A DNA stretch of 64,000 bases from an uncultured Acidobacteriota bacterium (lineage in GTDB: Bacteria; Acidobacteriota; Thermoanaerobaculia; Multivoradales; JAGPDF01): NCBI GenBank assembly GCA_963781755.1, contig CAWAGZ010000004.1, positions 272,937 to 336,936 of the forward strand. The letters run 5' to 3'. The position numbers and the translations under genes are program-made. The notes below the pieces were generated by a model, which was given only the letters and a program-made list of their open reading frames with translations, was not told the origin of the DNA and searched no databases. This document shows positions 20,486 to 30,295 of this stretch, piece after piece; the first letter of the stretch is position 1, and every line of letters starts with the position of its first letter.

Positions 20486-21430
20486 ATGGCCGGCCCGGTC
20501 TTCGTGGCCGGGCACCGCGGGCTGGTGGGCTCGGCGATCGTGCGCAGGCTCGAGGCCGGCGGCCGCTCTCCGATTCTGACCGCGGCCCGGGCGGAGCTCG
20601 ACCTCCGGGACCAGGCCGCGGTGGACCGGTGGTTCGATGCGAATCGGCCGGAGCAGGTCTACCTGGTCGCCGGGACCGTCGGGGGGATCTGGGCCAACTC
20701 GACCCGGCCGGCGGAGTTCATCTACGACAACCTGATGATCCACGCCACGGTGGTCCACGCGGCGTGGCGGACGAACGTCAGGAAGCTGCTCTATCTCGGG
20801 TCGTCGTGCATCTACCCGCGCGAGGCGCCCCAGCCGATGGCGGAGGAGGCGCTGCTGACCGGGGCGCTCGAGCCGACCAACGAGCCCTACGCCGTGGCGA
20901 AGATCGCCGGGATCAAGCTCTGTCAGGCGTACCGGCGGCAGTACGGGTGCGACTTCATCTCCGCCATGCCGACCAACCTCTACGGACCGGGGGACAACTT
21001 CGACCTCGAGGGGTCCCACGTTCTTCCTGCATTGATCCGGAAGTTCCACGAGGCCAAGGTCGAGGGGAAGCAAGCGGTGACGATCTGGGGAACCGGCTCG
21101 CCACGGCGCGAGTTCCTGCACGTCGACGACCTGGCCGACGCCTGCGTCTTCCTGATGGAGAGCTACGACGAAGACGGGCACGTCAACGTCGGCACCGGCG
21201 AGGACCTCTCGATCCGGGAGCTGGCCGAGATCGTGCGCGACGTCGTGGCGCCCGGCCTTCGGCTCGAGTTCGACACGACGAAGCCCGACGGCATGCCGCG
21301 CAAGCTCCTCGACGTCTCCCGCCTTCACGACCTGGGTTGGCGCCACCGCATCGACCTGCGCGACGGGATCCGCTCCACCTACGAGTGGTTCGAATCGTCG
21401 CTCTCCGCCGGAACGGTTCGCGGATACTGA
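20486..21430 (+). CDS. fcl: GDP-L-fucose synthase (GDP-4-keto-6-deoxy-D-mannose 3,5-epimerase/4-reductase)
   Basis: [18 protein letters not shown]...[11 protein letters not shown]...[19 protein letters not shown] is highly characteristic of Fcl. The start may be the in-frame ATG at 20441. Confidence 0.85.
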   Translation: MAGPVFVAGHRGLVGSAIVRRLEAGGRSPILTAARAELDLRDQAAVDRWFDANRPEQVYLVAGTVGGIWANSTRPAEFIYDNLMIHATVVHAAWRTNVRKLLYLGSSCIYPREAPQPMAEEALLTGALEPTNEPYAVAKIAGIKLCQAYRRQYGCDFISAMPTNLYGPGDNFDLEGSHVLPALIRKFHEAKVEGKQAVTIWGTGSPRREFLHVDDLADACVFLMESYDEDGHVNVGTGEDLSIRELAEIVRDVVAPGLRLEFDTTKPDGMPRKLLDVSRLHDLGWRHRIDLRDGIRSTYEWFESSLSAGTVRGY

Positions 21431-21434
21431 GTTC

Positions 21435-22202
21435 GTGTTCGGGGCGAGGCGGCTGCTCGAGAGACTCGCCCGCGGAAGGATCCTGCATCGCCATCTGCCC
21501 GCGGCCTTCGGTGGGCGCTCCGTCTTCGTCACGCCCGACGCCCGCCTCTCCTACCTGTTCCATCGGCTCGAGACGACCGAGAAGCTGCTCCTGGACTGGG
21601 CGGAGAGCTTCGTGCGCTCCGGCCAGTCGGTCTGGGACGTCGGCGCGAACTGCGGCGTGTTCTCGGTCGCGGCGGCCGTTCAGACGGGAACCGGCGGGAA
21701 GGTGCTCGCCGTCGAGCCCGACCCGTTCCTGGGTTCCCTCATCCGGCGGTCGGCCGATGCGCTGGCGCCCGAAGATGGCCAGATCGACGTCTTGCCCGCC
21801 GCGGTGGCGGAGGAGGCGGGACGGGGGGAGCTCCATCTCGCCGCACGGGGTCGGGCGGCCAACTGGCTCGACGGCAGCCCGGCGTCGACCCAGACCGGAG
21901 GAGTGCGCGGTTCGGTCGAGGTCGAGGTGGTGACCCTCGACGGACTGCTCTCGAGATACCGCCCGCCCGGCCTGGTCAAGATCGACGTCGAAGGCTCCGA
22001 GGACCGGGTGCTCCGCGGCGCCTCGCGCTTGCTGGCCGAGATCCGTCCCGTCCTGCTCGTCGAGGTCTCGGCACCGCATCGCGAGGCGGTCGGCCGTCGG
22101 TTGCGGGTCGCCGACTACCGGCTCTTCGACGCCGAGCGGGACCCCGGTTGCGAGGTCGCGCTCGGGACGCCGGCGGAGAACACCCTGGCCCTGCCGTTCT
22201 GA
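21435..22202 (+). CDS. FkbM-family methyltransferase
   Basis: VWDVGANCGVFS...VLAVEP...LVKIDVEGSE matches FkbM-family motifs. Confidence 0.75.
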   Translation: MFGARRLLERLARGRILHRHLPAAFGGRSVFVTPDARLSYLFHRLETTEKLLLDWAESFVRSGQSVWDVGANCGVFSVAAAVQTGTGGKVLAVEPDPFLGSLIRRSADALAPEDGQIDVLPAAVAEEAGRGELHLAARGRAANWLDGSPASTQTGGVRGSVEVEVVTLDGLLSRYRPPGLVKIDVEGSEDRVLRGASRLLAEIRPVLLVEVSAPHREAVGRRLRVADYRLFDAERDPGCEVALGTPAENTLALPF

Positions 22203-22215
22203 GCCGGGAGCCGCT

Positions 22216-23793
22216 TCACTCGCCGATCCGCTTCAGGACTTTCCAGGTCCGGTTCCTTCCCGGGAGCTCGGTCCACTCGTAGCCCGCGGGCGGCGGCCGA
22301 GTCTCGTCGAAGCCGAAGAGGATGTAGGTGGGGCGCTGGGCGAGGAGGTAGGGCAGGTCGGTCTTCTCGTGGCCGGGTGCGTGGGCGCCGGCCGCGCCGG
22401 CGGGCGCTTCGCGGCGGGCGATGTGGGGGTCCGTCACGCCCCAGTAGTCGATCACGCGGAGGCCGCTGAAGTAGGCGATCTGGCCGATCGGGCCGGCCAG
22501 CACCGAGTCGCCCGGGCGTGCGACGGCGGCCAGGTCGTGCGCCAGCTCGATCCGCTCGAGATCCGCCGGCGCCCAGACCTCGACGAAGCGCTCGAGCTCT
22601 CCGCGCGAACCGTAGGTGCCCAGCGCCACCAGTGAGATCGGCACCACGAAGGCCAGCGAGACCGCGGCGGCAGCCCGGCGCGCGATCTCCGGTCGGTCGG
22701 GCGCCAGCGCGGCGCGGGCGTCTGCCAGCTCGCGCGCCAGGTCCTGGATCAGCAGGTAGGCGATCGGGAGCGCGACGTAGAAGAAGCGCGAGCCGGGGAA
22801 GTAGTCGCCGCCGATCCAGACCACGTAGGCGGCGAAGGCGACCAGCGAGGCGGTGAGCAGGCGGCGGCGCAGCGCGGCCCCGGAGCCGGCCGGCGCAGGG
22901 CGGAGGCGCAGCAACGCCGGCGCCAGCGCCAGCAGCGGGACGAAGTAGCGCTCGCGCAGCGCGGCGACCAGATAGGCGGCGCCATCCAGCGCCCGTCCGA
23001 CCCGGCCGCCCGCGCCCGGTGCGTGGAGGTAGAACGTGTTCGGCAGGACGGCGCCGTAGTAGGAGAGCTTCCACGCGCACCAGAGGCCGACCGGAATCAG
23101 GAAGCCCAGCATCAGCCCCGCCAGCGCGCGCGACCGGGGTACCGGGATCCCTCCGGCTGCCGCGTGCTTCGGCTCCGGCCGGGGCGGGAGGGCCAGGACC
23201 GCGACCGCCACCGCCCAGAACAACCCCGAGTCCGGGCGCGCCATCGTCGCCGCCGCGAAGGCGAGGCCGGCCAACCACCGCGCCCGGCGGCCCCGGTCCG
23301 GCAGGAGCAGGAGCGCGGCGAGCACCCAGGCGGTCTGGAAGGCGTTCTCCAGACCGCTGACCGACCAGTAGTGGAACGACCCGTCGGCGGCGAGCAGCAG
23401 CGGCGCGACCAGGTTCGCGAAGCGGTGCCGCCGGCCGGCCGCCTGCCAACCCAGCGCGTAGGTCAGCGCCAGCACCGCGAGGCTCCAGGCCGCGCCCCAG
23501 GCGATCGCCAGGTGCGCCGCGGCAACGCCGGGCAGGAGCTTCATCCAGAGCGCCAGGAAGAGCAGCCAGAGGAAGTTCGTGTAGCCCTCGACCCGCTTCG
23601 ACGGCGCCGCGGGATCGAAGACCAGGCCCTCGCCCGCGACCAGGTTGCGCGCGTACGTGAACGAGATGTAGGCGTCGTCGTTGGTCTGCCAGCCGAAGGC
23701 GCGGGCGTTGCCCAGCTCGGCGGCGAGCGTCCCGGCGCAGGCCAGCGCCAGGACGAGAAGAACGGCGACGGCTCTGGACGAGTCCTCTCTCAT
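22216..23793 (-). CDS. multi-TM membrane glycosyltransferase, GT39/GT83 (PMT/ArnT)-like
   Basis: About 525 aa run from ATG 23793 (MREDSSRAVAVLLVLALA). Many TM helices are followed by a soluble C-terminal domain. The DAYISFTYARN segment resembles the DE/DD loop of lipid-linked sugar transferases. The upstream part of ORF 24012 is not coding. Confidence 0.55.
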   Translation of the reverse strand: MREDSSRAVAVLLVLALACAGTLAAELGNARAFGWQTNDDAYISFTYARNLVAGEGLVFDPAAPSKRVEGYTNFLWLLFLALWMKLLPGVAAAHLAIAWGAAWSLAVLALTYALGWQAAGRRHRFANLVAPLLLAADGSFHYWSVSGLENAFQTAWVLAALLLLPDRGRRARWLAGLAFAAATMARPDSGLFWAVAVAVLALPPRPEPKHAAAGGIPVPRSRALAGLMLGFLIPVGLWCAWKLSYYGAVLPNTFYLHAPGAGGRVGRALDGAAYLVAALRERYFVPLLALAPALLRLRPAPAGSGAALRRRLLTASLVAFAAYVVWIGGDYFPGSRFFYVALPIAYLLIQDLARELADARAALAPDRPEIARRAAAAVSLAFVVPISLVALGTYGSRGELERFVEVWAPADLERIELAHDLAAVARPGDSVLAGPIGQIAYFSGLRVIDYWGVTDPHIARREAPAGAAGAHAPGHEKTDLPYLLAQRPTYILFGFDETRPPPAGYEWTELPGRNRTWKVLKRIGE

Positions 23794-23950
23794 GCCGGCG
23801 GGAGACGGCGGGATGCTACCAATCCGAGGCGCCGGCCCCGAGCGCAGCGCGCCTCCGGTTAGGATGGAGTCGACCGTGGTGACACGAAGCCCGGAGGGCG
23901 GGCCGGGCAGAGCGGGACCCCGCCGTGGGCGGAATCGGGAGGTTCGAGCG

Positions 23951-24652
23951 ATGCCGTTGTTCGGCTGGTTCGGCAAGGGACCCAGGCAGGACGCTGGGCC
24001 GGAGATCCCCACGGACCGGCCGGAGACCGCCCAGGAGAGGCTGGCGCGGCTGATCCGGCCGGCGCGGCGGGACGAGCGGATGCTCGTCGAGTTCGCGCGC
24101 GAGCTGTTGCGCGGCGGCGAGACCGCCTGGGACCTCGGACCCGGGCGTGGCTACTTCGCCGCCGCCGCGGCGATCCTGGTGGACAAGTCGGGCGCCGTCG
24201 TGGCGGTCGAGCCGCACGCCCGGCGCGCCGCCGAGCTGCGGCGCGTCGCCGAGACCCTGGGATCCAACGCCGCCCGGTTCGAGGTGCTCGAGACCGGTCT
24301 CGGAGACCGCTTCGTGCCGGGCGAGACGCACACGGCGGTGCCGCGCCAGGTCAACTTCGAGTGGCTCCTCCGCCGGCTGCCGCGGCCCGACGTCGTGCGC
24401 GTCGGCGCGGACGTCGGCGACTCGCGGCTCTGGTCCGGGTCCGAGCGCCTGCTGGGCGAGGTCCACCCGATCCTGCTCATCGACGTCCCGCCGGCGATCG
24501 CCCACTGGCTGGGCACCCGCCTGCGCCACCACGGCTACGAGCTGTTCGACGCCGAGAAGAACCCCAGCGACCGCCTCAAGCTCCTCGACCCCGCCCGCCA
24601 CACCCTCGCCCTGCCGATCACCACGGCCCGAGACGAGGACCGGGAAGTGTGA
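23951..24652 (+). CDS. FkbM-family methyltransferase
   Basis: The start is ATG 23951 (MPLFGW), or 23864. WDLGPGRGYFA...VVAVEP...VRVGADVGD matches the FkbM pattern. Confidence 0.7.
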   Translation: MPLFGWFGKGPRQDAGPEIPTDRPETAQERLARLIRPARRDERMLVEFARELLRGGETAWDLGPGRGYFAAAAAILVDKSGAVVAVEPHARRAAELRRVAETLGSNAARFEVLETGLGDRFVPGETHTAVPRQVNFEWLLRRLPRPDVVRVGADVGDSRLWSGSERLLGEVHPILLIDVPPAIAHWLGTRLRHHGYELFDAEKNPSDRLKLLDPARHTLALPITTARDEDREV

Positions 24653-24665
24653 GCCGGACGAACCC

Positions 24666-25406
24666 GTGTACGAGCCCAGCGTTTGGAAGATCCTCTCGAT
24701 CCTCGAGGAGTCGGACCAAGTACTGGATGTCGGTGGTTGGGCTTGCCCGTTCAACCGCGCGCAATGGGTGCTCGACTCGGAACCCTTCGAGACTCGGGGC
24801 TTCTACCGGACCTTCGGAGGCCCGCCTAGCCAGGGCGGAGAGCGAGAGCACTTTTCCGAGAGAACCTGGATCCGGCGGGACATCTGTGACCGCGAGCCCT
24901 GGCCGTTCGCAGACAAGCAATTCGATTTCGTCATCTGTTCCCATGTTCTGGAGGACGTCCGCGATCCGATTGGAGTTTGCTCCGAGCTGATTCGAGTGGG
25001 GCGCAGAGGGTACGTCGAGACCCCATCCCGCCTCCTCGAAACTTGCCGGGGCCTGGAAGGTCCCAGGACCGTCGGCTTGAGCCACCACCGATGGTTCGTG
25101 GACTACGGCGCCACTTCGCTCACGTTTCTGATGAAGTACCATTTCCTACACAGCCATTTTCGCTTTTCGCTTCCCGCTTCCTTCGCGCGCCGAATTCCCG
25201 AGGAGGGTCGAGTCAGTTGGCTGTGGTGGGACGAGGAGTTCGAGTTCGAGGAACGGATCATCCACGGTCTCGGAAACCAGATGAGCGAGATCGCCGGATA
25301 CGTGGGCGCCCGCTATCGGTACTCGCGAACGCGGTTCCTCGCAGACCGACTGGAGGGTTCGGTGAGGAGGGCCCTATCCGGAGTGGCCAGGAGACTGGGC
25401 ACCTGA
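24666..25406 (+). CDS. SAM-dependent methyltransferase
   Basis: The start is GTG 24666, after the upstream stop. VLDVGGWACP...FDFVICSHVLEDVRDP matches the class I MTase motif I and post-II. Confidence 0.65.
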   Translation: MYEPSVWKILSILEESDQVLDVGGWACPFNRAQWVLDSEPFETRGFYRTFGGPPSQGGEREHFSERTWIRRDICDREPWPFADKQFDFVICSHVLEDVRDPIGVCSELIRVGRRGYVETPSRLLETCRGLEGPRTVGLSHHRWFVDYGATSLTFLMKYHFLHSHFRFSLPASFARRIPEEGRVSWLWWDEEFEFEERIIHGLGNQMSEIAGYVGARYRYSRTRFLADRLEGSVRRALSGVARRLGT

Positions 25407-25709
25407 TCCGCCCTCGAGGAATCCGATGCTCGTGGCTAGCCCGAAGTCCGACCGAGCCCGCGCGAGCGGCGCTTCCGACCGGAGGGATCCGGTCGGGGGA
25501 GGCGCGCGAACCGCGGGGGTGCCGGGGCCGGGTACAGACGAAAAGCTTTCAGTGAAGGGGATGGACGGGATCGTGCGCCCTCTCGTAGCGGCCGCGCGAC
25601 CGCCTGGGAGAGTCTTCCCATCTGTGAAGGCTTCTGTCGCGCCCTGGCTCCGTGGCATGTCTCCGGCGCGCCGTACCCCACGAGCCGGTCCGCAGAGAGA
25701 GAAGCGTCG

Positions 25710-26876
25710 GTGAAGCGCCCGCGGCGGGTGCTCTATCTGTGCGACTGGCTGCCGCCGGACTTCGGGGCGGTGGGGCAGTACGCCGTCGGGGCGGCGGAGG
25801 GGCTGGCGCGGCGGGGGGCCGAGGTCACCCTGGTCGGGCTCGCCTCGGCGGGCGACTCCGTCGCCGAGTACCGGGTGCGGCCGGGGCGGGTGCGCATCGT
25901 GCGCCTGGCGGCTGCCGCCTACGACCGCTCGCGGCTGGGCGAGCGGGCGGCGTGGACGCTCGCGACCGACCTGCGGCTCGTCGCCGCCGCGCTCGGCGCC
26001 TTCGCCGCGGCCGACGAGGTCTACTTCACCGGCAGCCCGCCCTTCCTCGTCCACTTCGTCGTGCCGTTGAACGTCCTGATGCGCAAGCGGCTCGTCTACC
26101 GCATCACCGACTTCCACCCCGAGTGCCTGATCGCCGAGCTGGCCGACCGGGCGCGCCTGGCGGGAGGCGGCGTGGACGCCGACGGGAGCGTGCCCTCCTG
26201 GCTCGAGGCTTTCCGGCGCTGGACCCTCTTCCTGCGCCGCCGCGTCCACCGCTTCGAGGTGTTGGGCGAGGACCAGCGCGCGCGGCTGCGCGAGATCGGC
26301 ATCCCCGACGAGCGCATCGAGCTCAAGCGCGACGACTCGCCGGTCGCCGTCTCGCCGGCCACCGAGCCGCTGCCGCGGCCGCGCGAGCTCGACGGCCGCT
26401 TCCTGCTGCTCTACTCCGGCAACTTCGGCGTCGCCCACGAGGACGCCACCTTCATCGACGGCTATCACCTCCACCACGCCGCGGGCAGCGGCCGCGTCGG
26501 GCTCTGGCTCAACGCCACCGGCGCCAAGGCCGACCGGGTCGAGGCGCGGCTGCGCGAGCTCGGGCTGCCGGTCCACCGCTCGCGGCCGGTGCCGCTCGAG
26601 CGGCTGGCCTCGCTGCTGGTGACCCCGGACGCCCACCTGATCACCCTGCGCGACGCCTTCGTCGGCTACGTCCTGCCCTCCAAGGTCTACGGCTGCATCC
26701 GCTCCGGCAAGCCGGTGCTCTTCGTCGGCTCGGCGGCGAGCGACGTCCACCTGCTGTGCAGCCGGCGGCTGCCGCCGGGTCGCTACCTGCGGGTCGGGAT
26801 GGACGACCCGCAGGGCGTCGCCGAAGCGCTCGAGCAGCTCGCCGGACCCGTACCCGACCGCATCGAGCTGCGGTAA
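25710..26876 (+). CDS. glycosyltransferase (GT-B, WcaI/GT4-like)
   Basis: A 388-aa ORF with a GT-B pattern (LLLYSGNFGVAHE). The long antisense ORF 25374..26750 is rejected. Confidence 0.7.
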   Translation: MKRPRRVLYLCDWLPPDFGAVGQYAVGAAEGLARRGAEVTLVGLASAGDSVAEYRVRPGRVRIVRLAAAAYDRSRLGERAAWTLATDLRLVAAALGAFAAADEVYFTGSPPFLVHFVVPLNVLMRKRLVYRITDFHPECLIAELADRARLAGGGVDADGSVPSWLEAFRRWTLFLRRRVHRFEVLGEDQRARLREIGIPDERIELKRDDSPVAVSPATEPLPRPRELDGRFLLLYSGNFGVAHEDATFIDGYHLHHAAGSGRVGLWLNATGAKADRVEARLRELGLPVHRSRPVPLERLASLLVTPDAHLITLRDAFVGYVLPSKVYGCIRSGKPVLFVGSAASDVHLLCSRRLPPGRYLRVGMDDPQGVAEALEQLAGPVPDRIELR

Positions 26877-26898
26877 CGTCCGCGCGGGATCTCTCGAC

Positions 26899-28152
26899 GT
26901 GCCACCGGTCGCCCAGGACTTCCTCGTGCTGCTCGCCGCCGCCGCCCTGGTGGCGGGGCTGGTGACCAGTCTGCTCGTGCCGCCCCTGGCGCGGCTGGCC
27001 TACGCCTTCGGCGTCGTGGACCGCCCCGACCCGCGCAAGCCCGAGGTGCGTGGCCTGCCGCGGCTGGGCGGGGTCGCCATGGTGGCGGGGATCGCCATCG
27101 CGTGCGGGATCGGCGCGGTCTTCCGCTGGAGCGTGTGGAGCCGGGTCATCCCGCGCGAGGAGCTGGCGGCGCTGGCGATCGGCACCCTGCTCGTCTTCCT
27201 GGTCGGCTTCGTCGACGACCTGATCGGCGCCTCGCCCTGGCAGAAGCTCCTGGTCGAGCTCGTCGCGGCTTGGCTGGTGGTGCGGGTGGGCTGGGAGTTC
27301 CAGGTCCTGCGCCTGCCGGGGGTGGGCGGGATCGACCTCGGGATCTGGGGCGGCGTGGTCTCGGTCGTCTGGGTCGTCGGGGTGACCAACGCGATCAACC
27401 TGATCGACGGCCTCGACGGGCTGGCCGGCGGGATCGCCGCGATCATCGCCGGGAGCCTGCTCGCCTACTCGGTCTTCCAGCACAACCAGGCCACGGCGAT
27501 CCTGTTCGCCGCGGTGGTCGGCGCCTGCGTCGGCTTCCTCTGGCACAACTGGGAGCCGGCGCGGATCTTCATGGGCGACGGCGGCGCGCTGACCCTCGGC
27601 TACCTGTTCGGCGCCCTGTCGCTGCACTCCTCGATCAAGGCGCCGGCGGCGGTCGCCATCCTGGTGCCGATCCTGGCGCTCGGCCTGCCGGTGATCGACA
27701 CCCTTCTGGTGATGTTCGTGCGCTTCGCCGAGGGGCGGGGGCGGCCGCTGGCCAGCCGCGTGGCGCGGATGTTCCGCGCCGACCGCAGCCACCTCCACCA
27801 CGCGCTCGAGAACCTCGTGCGCCGGCGGCGGCGGATCGTCGTCGTCCTCTACGCCACGGTGCTGGTCTTCTGCGCCGGCGCGCTGCTGGTGGCGCTCTCC
27901 GGCCAGGGCGAGCTCGGGCTGGCGCTGCTCGCGGTCGAGTTCGTGGTCGTCTTCGCCATGCGCCGCTTCGGGCTCGCCGCCGAGGCGCGCCGGCTGGCGC
28001 TCGACCAGCGCGCCGAGGCGCGCCGGATCTTCCCGTGGTTCAAGGACCCGTCGAAGGAGGCGCCCGCCCCGACTCCGGCCCCGACCCCGGCCGTGACTCC
28101 GGCCGTGACTCCGGACGGCGGGGCGGGAGACGAGGTCACTCCAGGGTCGTGA
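26899..28152 (+). CDS. wecA: undecaprenyl-phosphate N-acetylhexosamine-1-phosphate transferase (WecA/MraY family initiating transferase)
   Basis: The multi-TM ORF carries NAINLIDGLDGLA and FMGDGGALTLGY, the conserved motifs of the MraY/WecA family. It has a Pro/Thr/Ala-rich C-terminal tail. Confidence 0.85.
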   Translation: MPPVAQDFLVLLAAAALVAGLVTSLLVPPLARLAYAFGVVDRPDPRKPEVRGLPRLGGVAMVAGIAIACGIGAVFRWSVWSRVIPREELAALAIGTLLVFLVGFVDDLIGASPWQKLLVELVAAWLVVRVGWEFQVLRLPGVGGIDLGIWGGVVSVVWVVGVTNAINLIDGLDGLAGGIAAIIAGSLLAYSVFQHNQATAILFAAVVGACVGFLWHNWEPARIFMGDGGALTLGYLFGALSLHSSIKAPAAVAILVPILALGLPVIDTLLVMFVRFAEGRGRPLASRVARMFRADRSHLHHALENLVRRRRRIVVVLYATVLVFCAGALLVALSGQGELGLALLAVEFVVVFAMRRFGLAAEARRLALDQRAEARRIFPWFKDPSKEAPAPTPAPTPAVTPAVTPDGGAGDEVTPGS

Positions 28153-29875
28153 GGCCGATCACCGGCGCCGCGCCGGTGATCACGGTCAGCCGCAGCAGAT
28201 GCGGCCCGGCGGCGACCGGGCCGGCCAGGCGCAGCGTCGCCGTGCCGGCGGCCAGCGTCAGGGGCGCCCGGGCGCGGCCGTCCCACTCGGCGACCAGCAG
28301 CGTCGGCCGCGGCAGCGGGTGGGCCAGCGCCACCGCCAGGCCGGCGGCCGGATGCGCCGCCTCGAAGGCGAGCTCCGGCACGCCGCGCTCGAAGCGCCAC
28401 TCGGTGGGCTCCCAGCGCGCGGCGGCGGTGGCCTCCGCCGCGGCCGGCGACGCGGCGCCCCCGCCGGCCACTCCCGCCCGCTTCGCCAGCCGCCGCCAGG
28501 CCAGCCGGCGCTGCTCGGGGCGCTGCACTTCGGCGAGCGCGGCGCGCGCGCCGGCGGTGTCGCCGGCCTCCAGCCGCTGCCGCGCCGCGAGCATCAGGTA
28601 GGGCGCCCAGCTCTCGCTCCACAGCGAATCGGAGCGCCGGGCCAGGAGCTCGGCGCGCGCGCGGTCGCCGCCGGCCAGGGCGGCGAAGGCGGCGCTCTCC
28701 GACGGCAGCGCCCCCCCGGCCAGCCCCGAGAGCCGCCCGAACGCCGCCGGCGAGAGCGGGCAGCCGGTCGTCGTCACGACGCAGAGCGGCCGCGCCCAGG
28801 CCAGCCAGCGCTCGGCGGCGCGGACGAGCTCGGGGCTGCCCGGACCGGCCGGGCGCCGGGCCAGCGCGCGCTCGACCACCCCCGCGTAGCGCAGGTCGGG
28901 CGGGGCGGCGGCGAGCAGGTGATCGACGGCGGCGCGCGCCGCGGCGTCGCCGCGCGCGTCGGGTTGCTCGCGCAACGGCGCCAGCGCGGCGTCGAGCTGC
29001 TCTCCGAGCTCGTCCTCGAGCGCCCGGCGGGCGCGCTGGTGGAGCGCCGCGGCGCGCCCCAGCTCGCCCCGCTGCACCGCGGCGCGCTCGAGCCGGCTCC
29101 AGGTGTCGGAGTCGTCGGGCAGCAGCTCCTCGGCGCTCTCGATCGAGCCCGCCACCTCGAGCCAGCGGTCGAAGGCGCGGCGGCGGAAGTCCGGGTCCTC
29201 GAACGCCCGGCGCAGGACCTTCTCGGCGCGGCGCCGGCGCGCGCCGCCGAGGCCGGGCCAGATCTCGACGTAGACCGCCGCCAGCGCCCGCTCGGTGGCC
29301 GCGTCTTCGGGCGCGCGCTCCGCCGCCACGGCGAGCGGCCGCTCCCAGCCCTCCGGGTCGGTCAGCAGCCGCGGGTCGCGCCGGACCAGCTCGTCGAGCG
29401 CGGTGGCGACGCCGAGCAGGCGCGGCGCCTCGGCGCTCGCGGGCAGGAGCGCCAGCGCCTCGCGGGCGAGATCGGCGGCGGCTTCGAGCCGCGCCCGGGT
29501 GAGCTCCGGCTCGGGGGCGGCGCGTTCGGCGCCGGGGGCGGGCGAGGTGGCCGCGACCAGGGCGGCGCGCGCCAGCACCAGCCGCCGCTCGCCGGCGTCG
29601 GCCTCGCGCGCCAGGGCGCGCTCGAGCTCGCCGCCGGCCGGCAGCGGCAGCTCGAGCTCGCGGGCGCGACGCTCCAGCCGCTCGAGGTCTGCGTCGCGGG
29701 CGTGCACCAGGAGGAGAGCCCCGAGGGCCGCGACGAGCGCCAGGACGGCGACGGTCCAGGCCGCCGCGGCGGGGCGGAAGCGCCCGCGACCGGCCGGCGC
29801 CGCGCCGTCGTCGGGCGCCGGCGCTGCCGCGGGCGCCCCTTCTCTGGTAGCTTGATCGGCCTCGTCGCCGTCCAT
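28136..29875 (-). CDS. hypothetical membrane-anchored protein with a large Ala/Leu/Arg/Glu-rich helical domain
   Basis: A 579-aa ORF with an N-terminal TM helix (AAAWTVAVLALVAALGALLLV). Composition is protein-like, unlike the overlapping Arg-rich ORFs. It converges on wecA. Confidence 0.45.
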   Translation of the reverse strand: MDGDEADQATREGAPAAAPAPDDGAAPAGRGRFRPAAAAWTVAVLALVAALGALLLVHARDADLERLERRARELELPLPAGGELERALAREADAGERRLVLARAALVAATSPAPGAERAAPEPELTRARLEAAADLAREALALLPASAEAPRLLGVATALDELVRRDPRLLTDPEGWERPLAVAAERAPEDAATERALAAVYVEIWPGLGGARRRRAEKVLRRAFEDPDFRRRAFDRWLEVAGSIESAEELLPDDSDTWSRLERAAVQRGELGRAAALHQRARRALEDELGEQLDAALAPLREQPDARGDAAARAAVDHLLAAAPPDLRYAGVVERALARRPAGPGSPELVRAAERWLAWARPLCVVTTTGCPLSPAAFGRLSGLAGGALPSESAAFAALAGGDRARAELLARRSDSLWSESWAPYLMLAARQRLEAGDTAGARAALAEVQRPEQRRLAWRRLAKRAGVAGGGAASPAAAEATAAARWEPTEWRFERGVPELAFEAAHPAAGLAVALAHPLPRPTLLVAEWDGRARAPLTLAAGTATLRLAGPVAAGPHLLRLTVITGAAPVIGLTTLE

Positions 29876-29881
29876 CCGCGC

Positions 29882-30295
29882 ATGCTACCGCCCGATCCGT
29901 CCGCACCGGCCTCGCCGAGCTCCCCGACCGCTCCGGCGCGGCGGCGCCGGGTGGCCTGGCTGTGGGGGATCGGCGTCGCCGCGTTGCTGCTCGCGCCGCT
30001 GCCGCACGCCGCCGAGTCGCTGGTCTCCGACATCGGCGCCCTGCCGCTCGACAAGCTGATCCACCTCGGTCTCTTCCTCGGGCTGGCGGGCTCCTGGCGC
30101 CGGGCGCTGCCGCCGGCGCTCGCCGGCCGCCGCCGCTGGGTGGCGGTCGTGATCCTCGCGGCGGTGGCCTTCGGCGGCGCGCTCGAGCTGCTCCAGACGC
30201 TGCCCGCGATCGGCCGCGACGGCGAGTGGGGGGATGTGGTTGCCGATGCTCTCGGTGCGCTGTTGTCGCTGCCGTTGGCGGGGCGCTTTACCTGA
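29882..30295 (+). CDS. VanZ-like family small membrane protein
   Basis: The ATG 29882 portion of ORF 28199..30295 has TM segments and the DKLIHLGLF motif typical of VanZ-like proteins. The upstream part of that ORF is antisense junk. Confidence 0.55.
   Translation: MLPPDPSAPASPSSPTAPARRRRVAWLWGIGVAALLLAPLPHAAESLVSDIGALPLDKLIHLGLFLGLAGSWRRALPPALAGRRRWVAVVILAAVAFGGALELLQTLPAIGRDGEWGDVVADALGALLSLPLAGRFT

Noticed and set aside
18671-21532. 953-aa minus-strand ORF
   Set aside because: It is a chimera. Codons antisense to fcl (20486..21430) are Arg/Pro junk. Only the segment from 20434 to about 20068 (the TM domain) is coding and continues in another frame as the sulfatase domain.
22115-23449. 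444-aa minus-strand ORF, Arg/Pro/Gly-rich
   Set aside because: It is an out-of-frame overlap of the GT39-like gene 22216..23793, which has a coherent multi-TM sequence.
25374-26750. 458-aa minus-strand ORF
   Set aside because: It is antisense to the glycosyltransferase 25710..26876, has Asp/Arg/Gly-rich low-complexity composition, and shows no family motifs.
27849-30295. 685-aa minus ORF (27849..29906) and 698-aa plus ORF (28199..30295)
   Set aside because: Both are Arg/Ala/Gly-dominated. They are out of frame with, or antisense to, the more protein-like 28136..29875 ORF. Only the last 137 codons of the plus ORF (VanZ-like, from ATG 29882) were kept.
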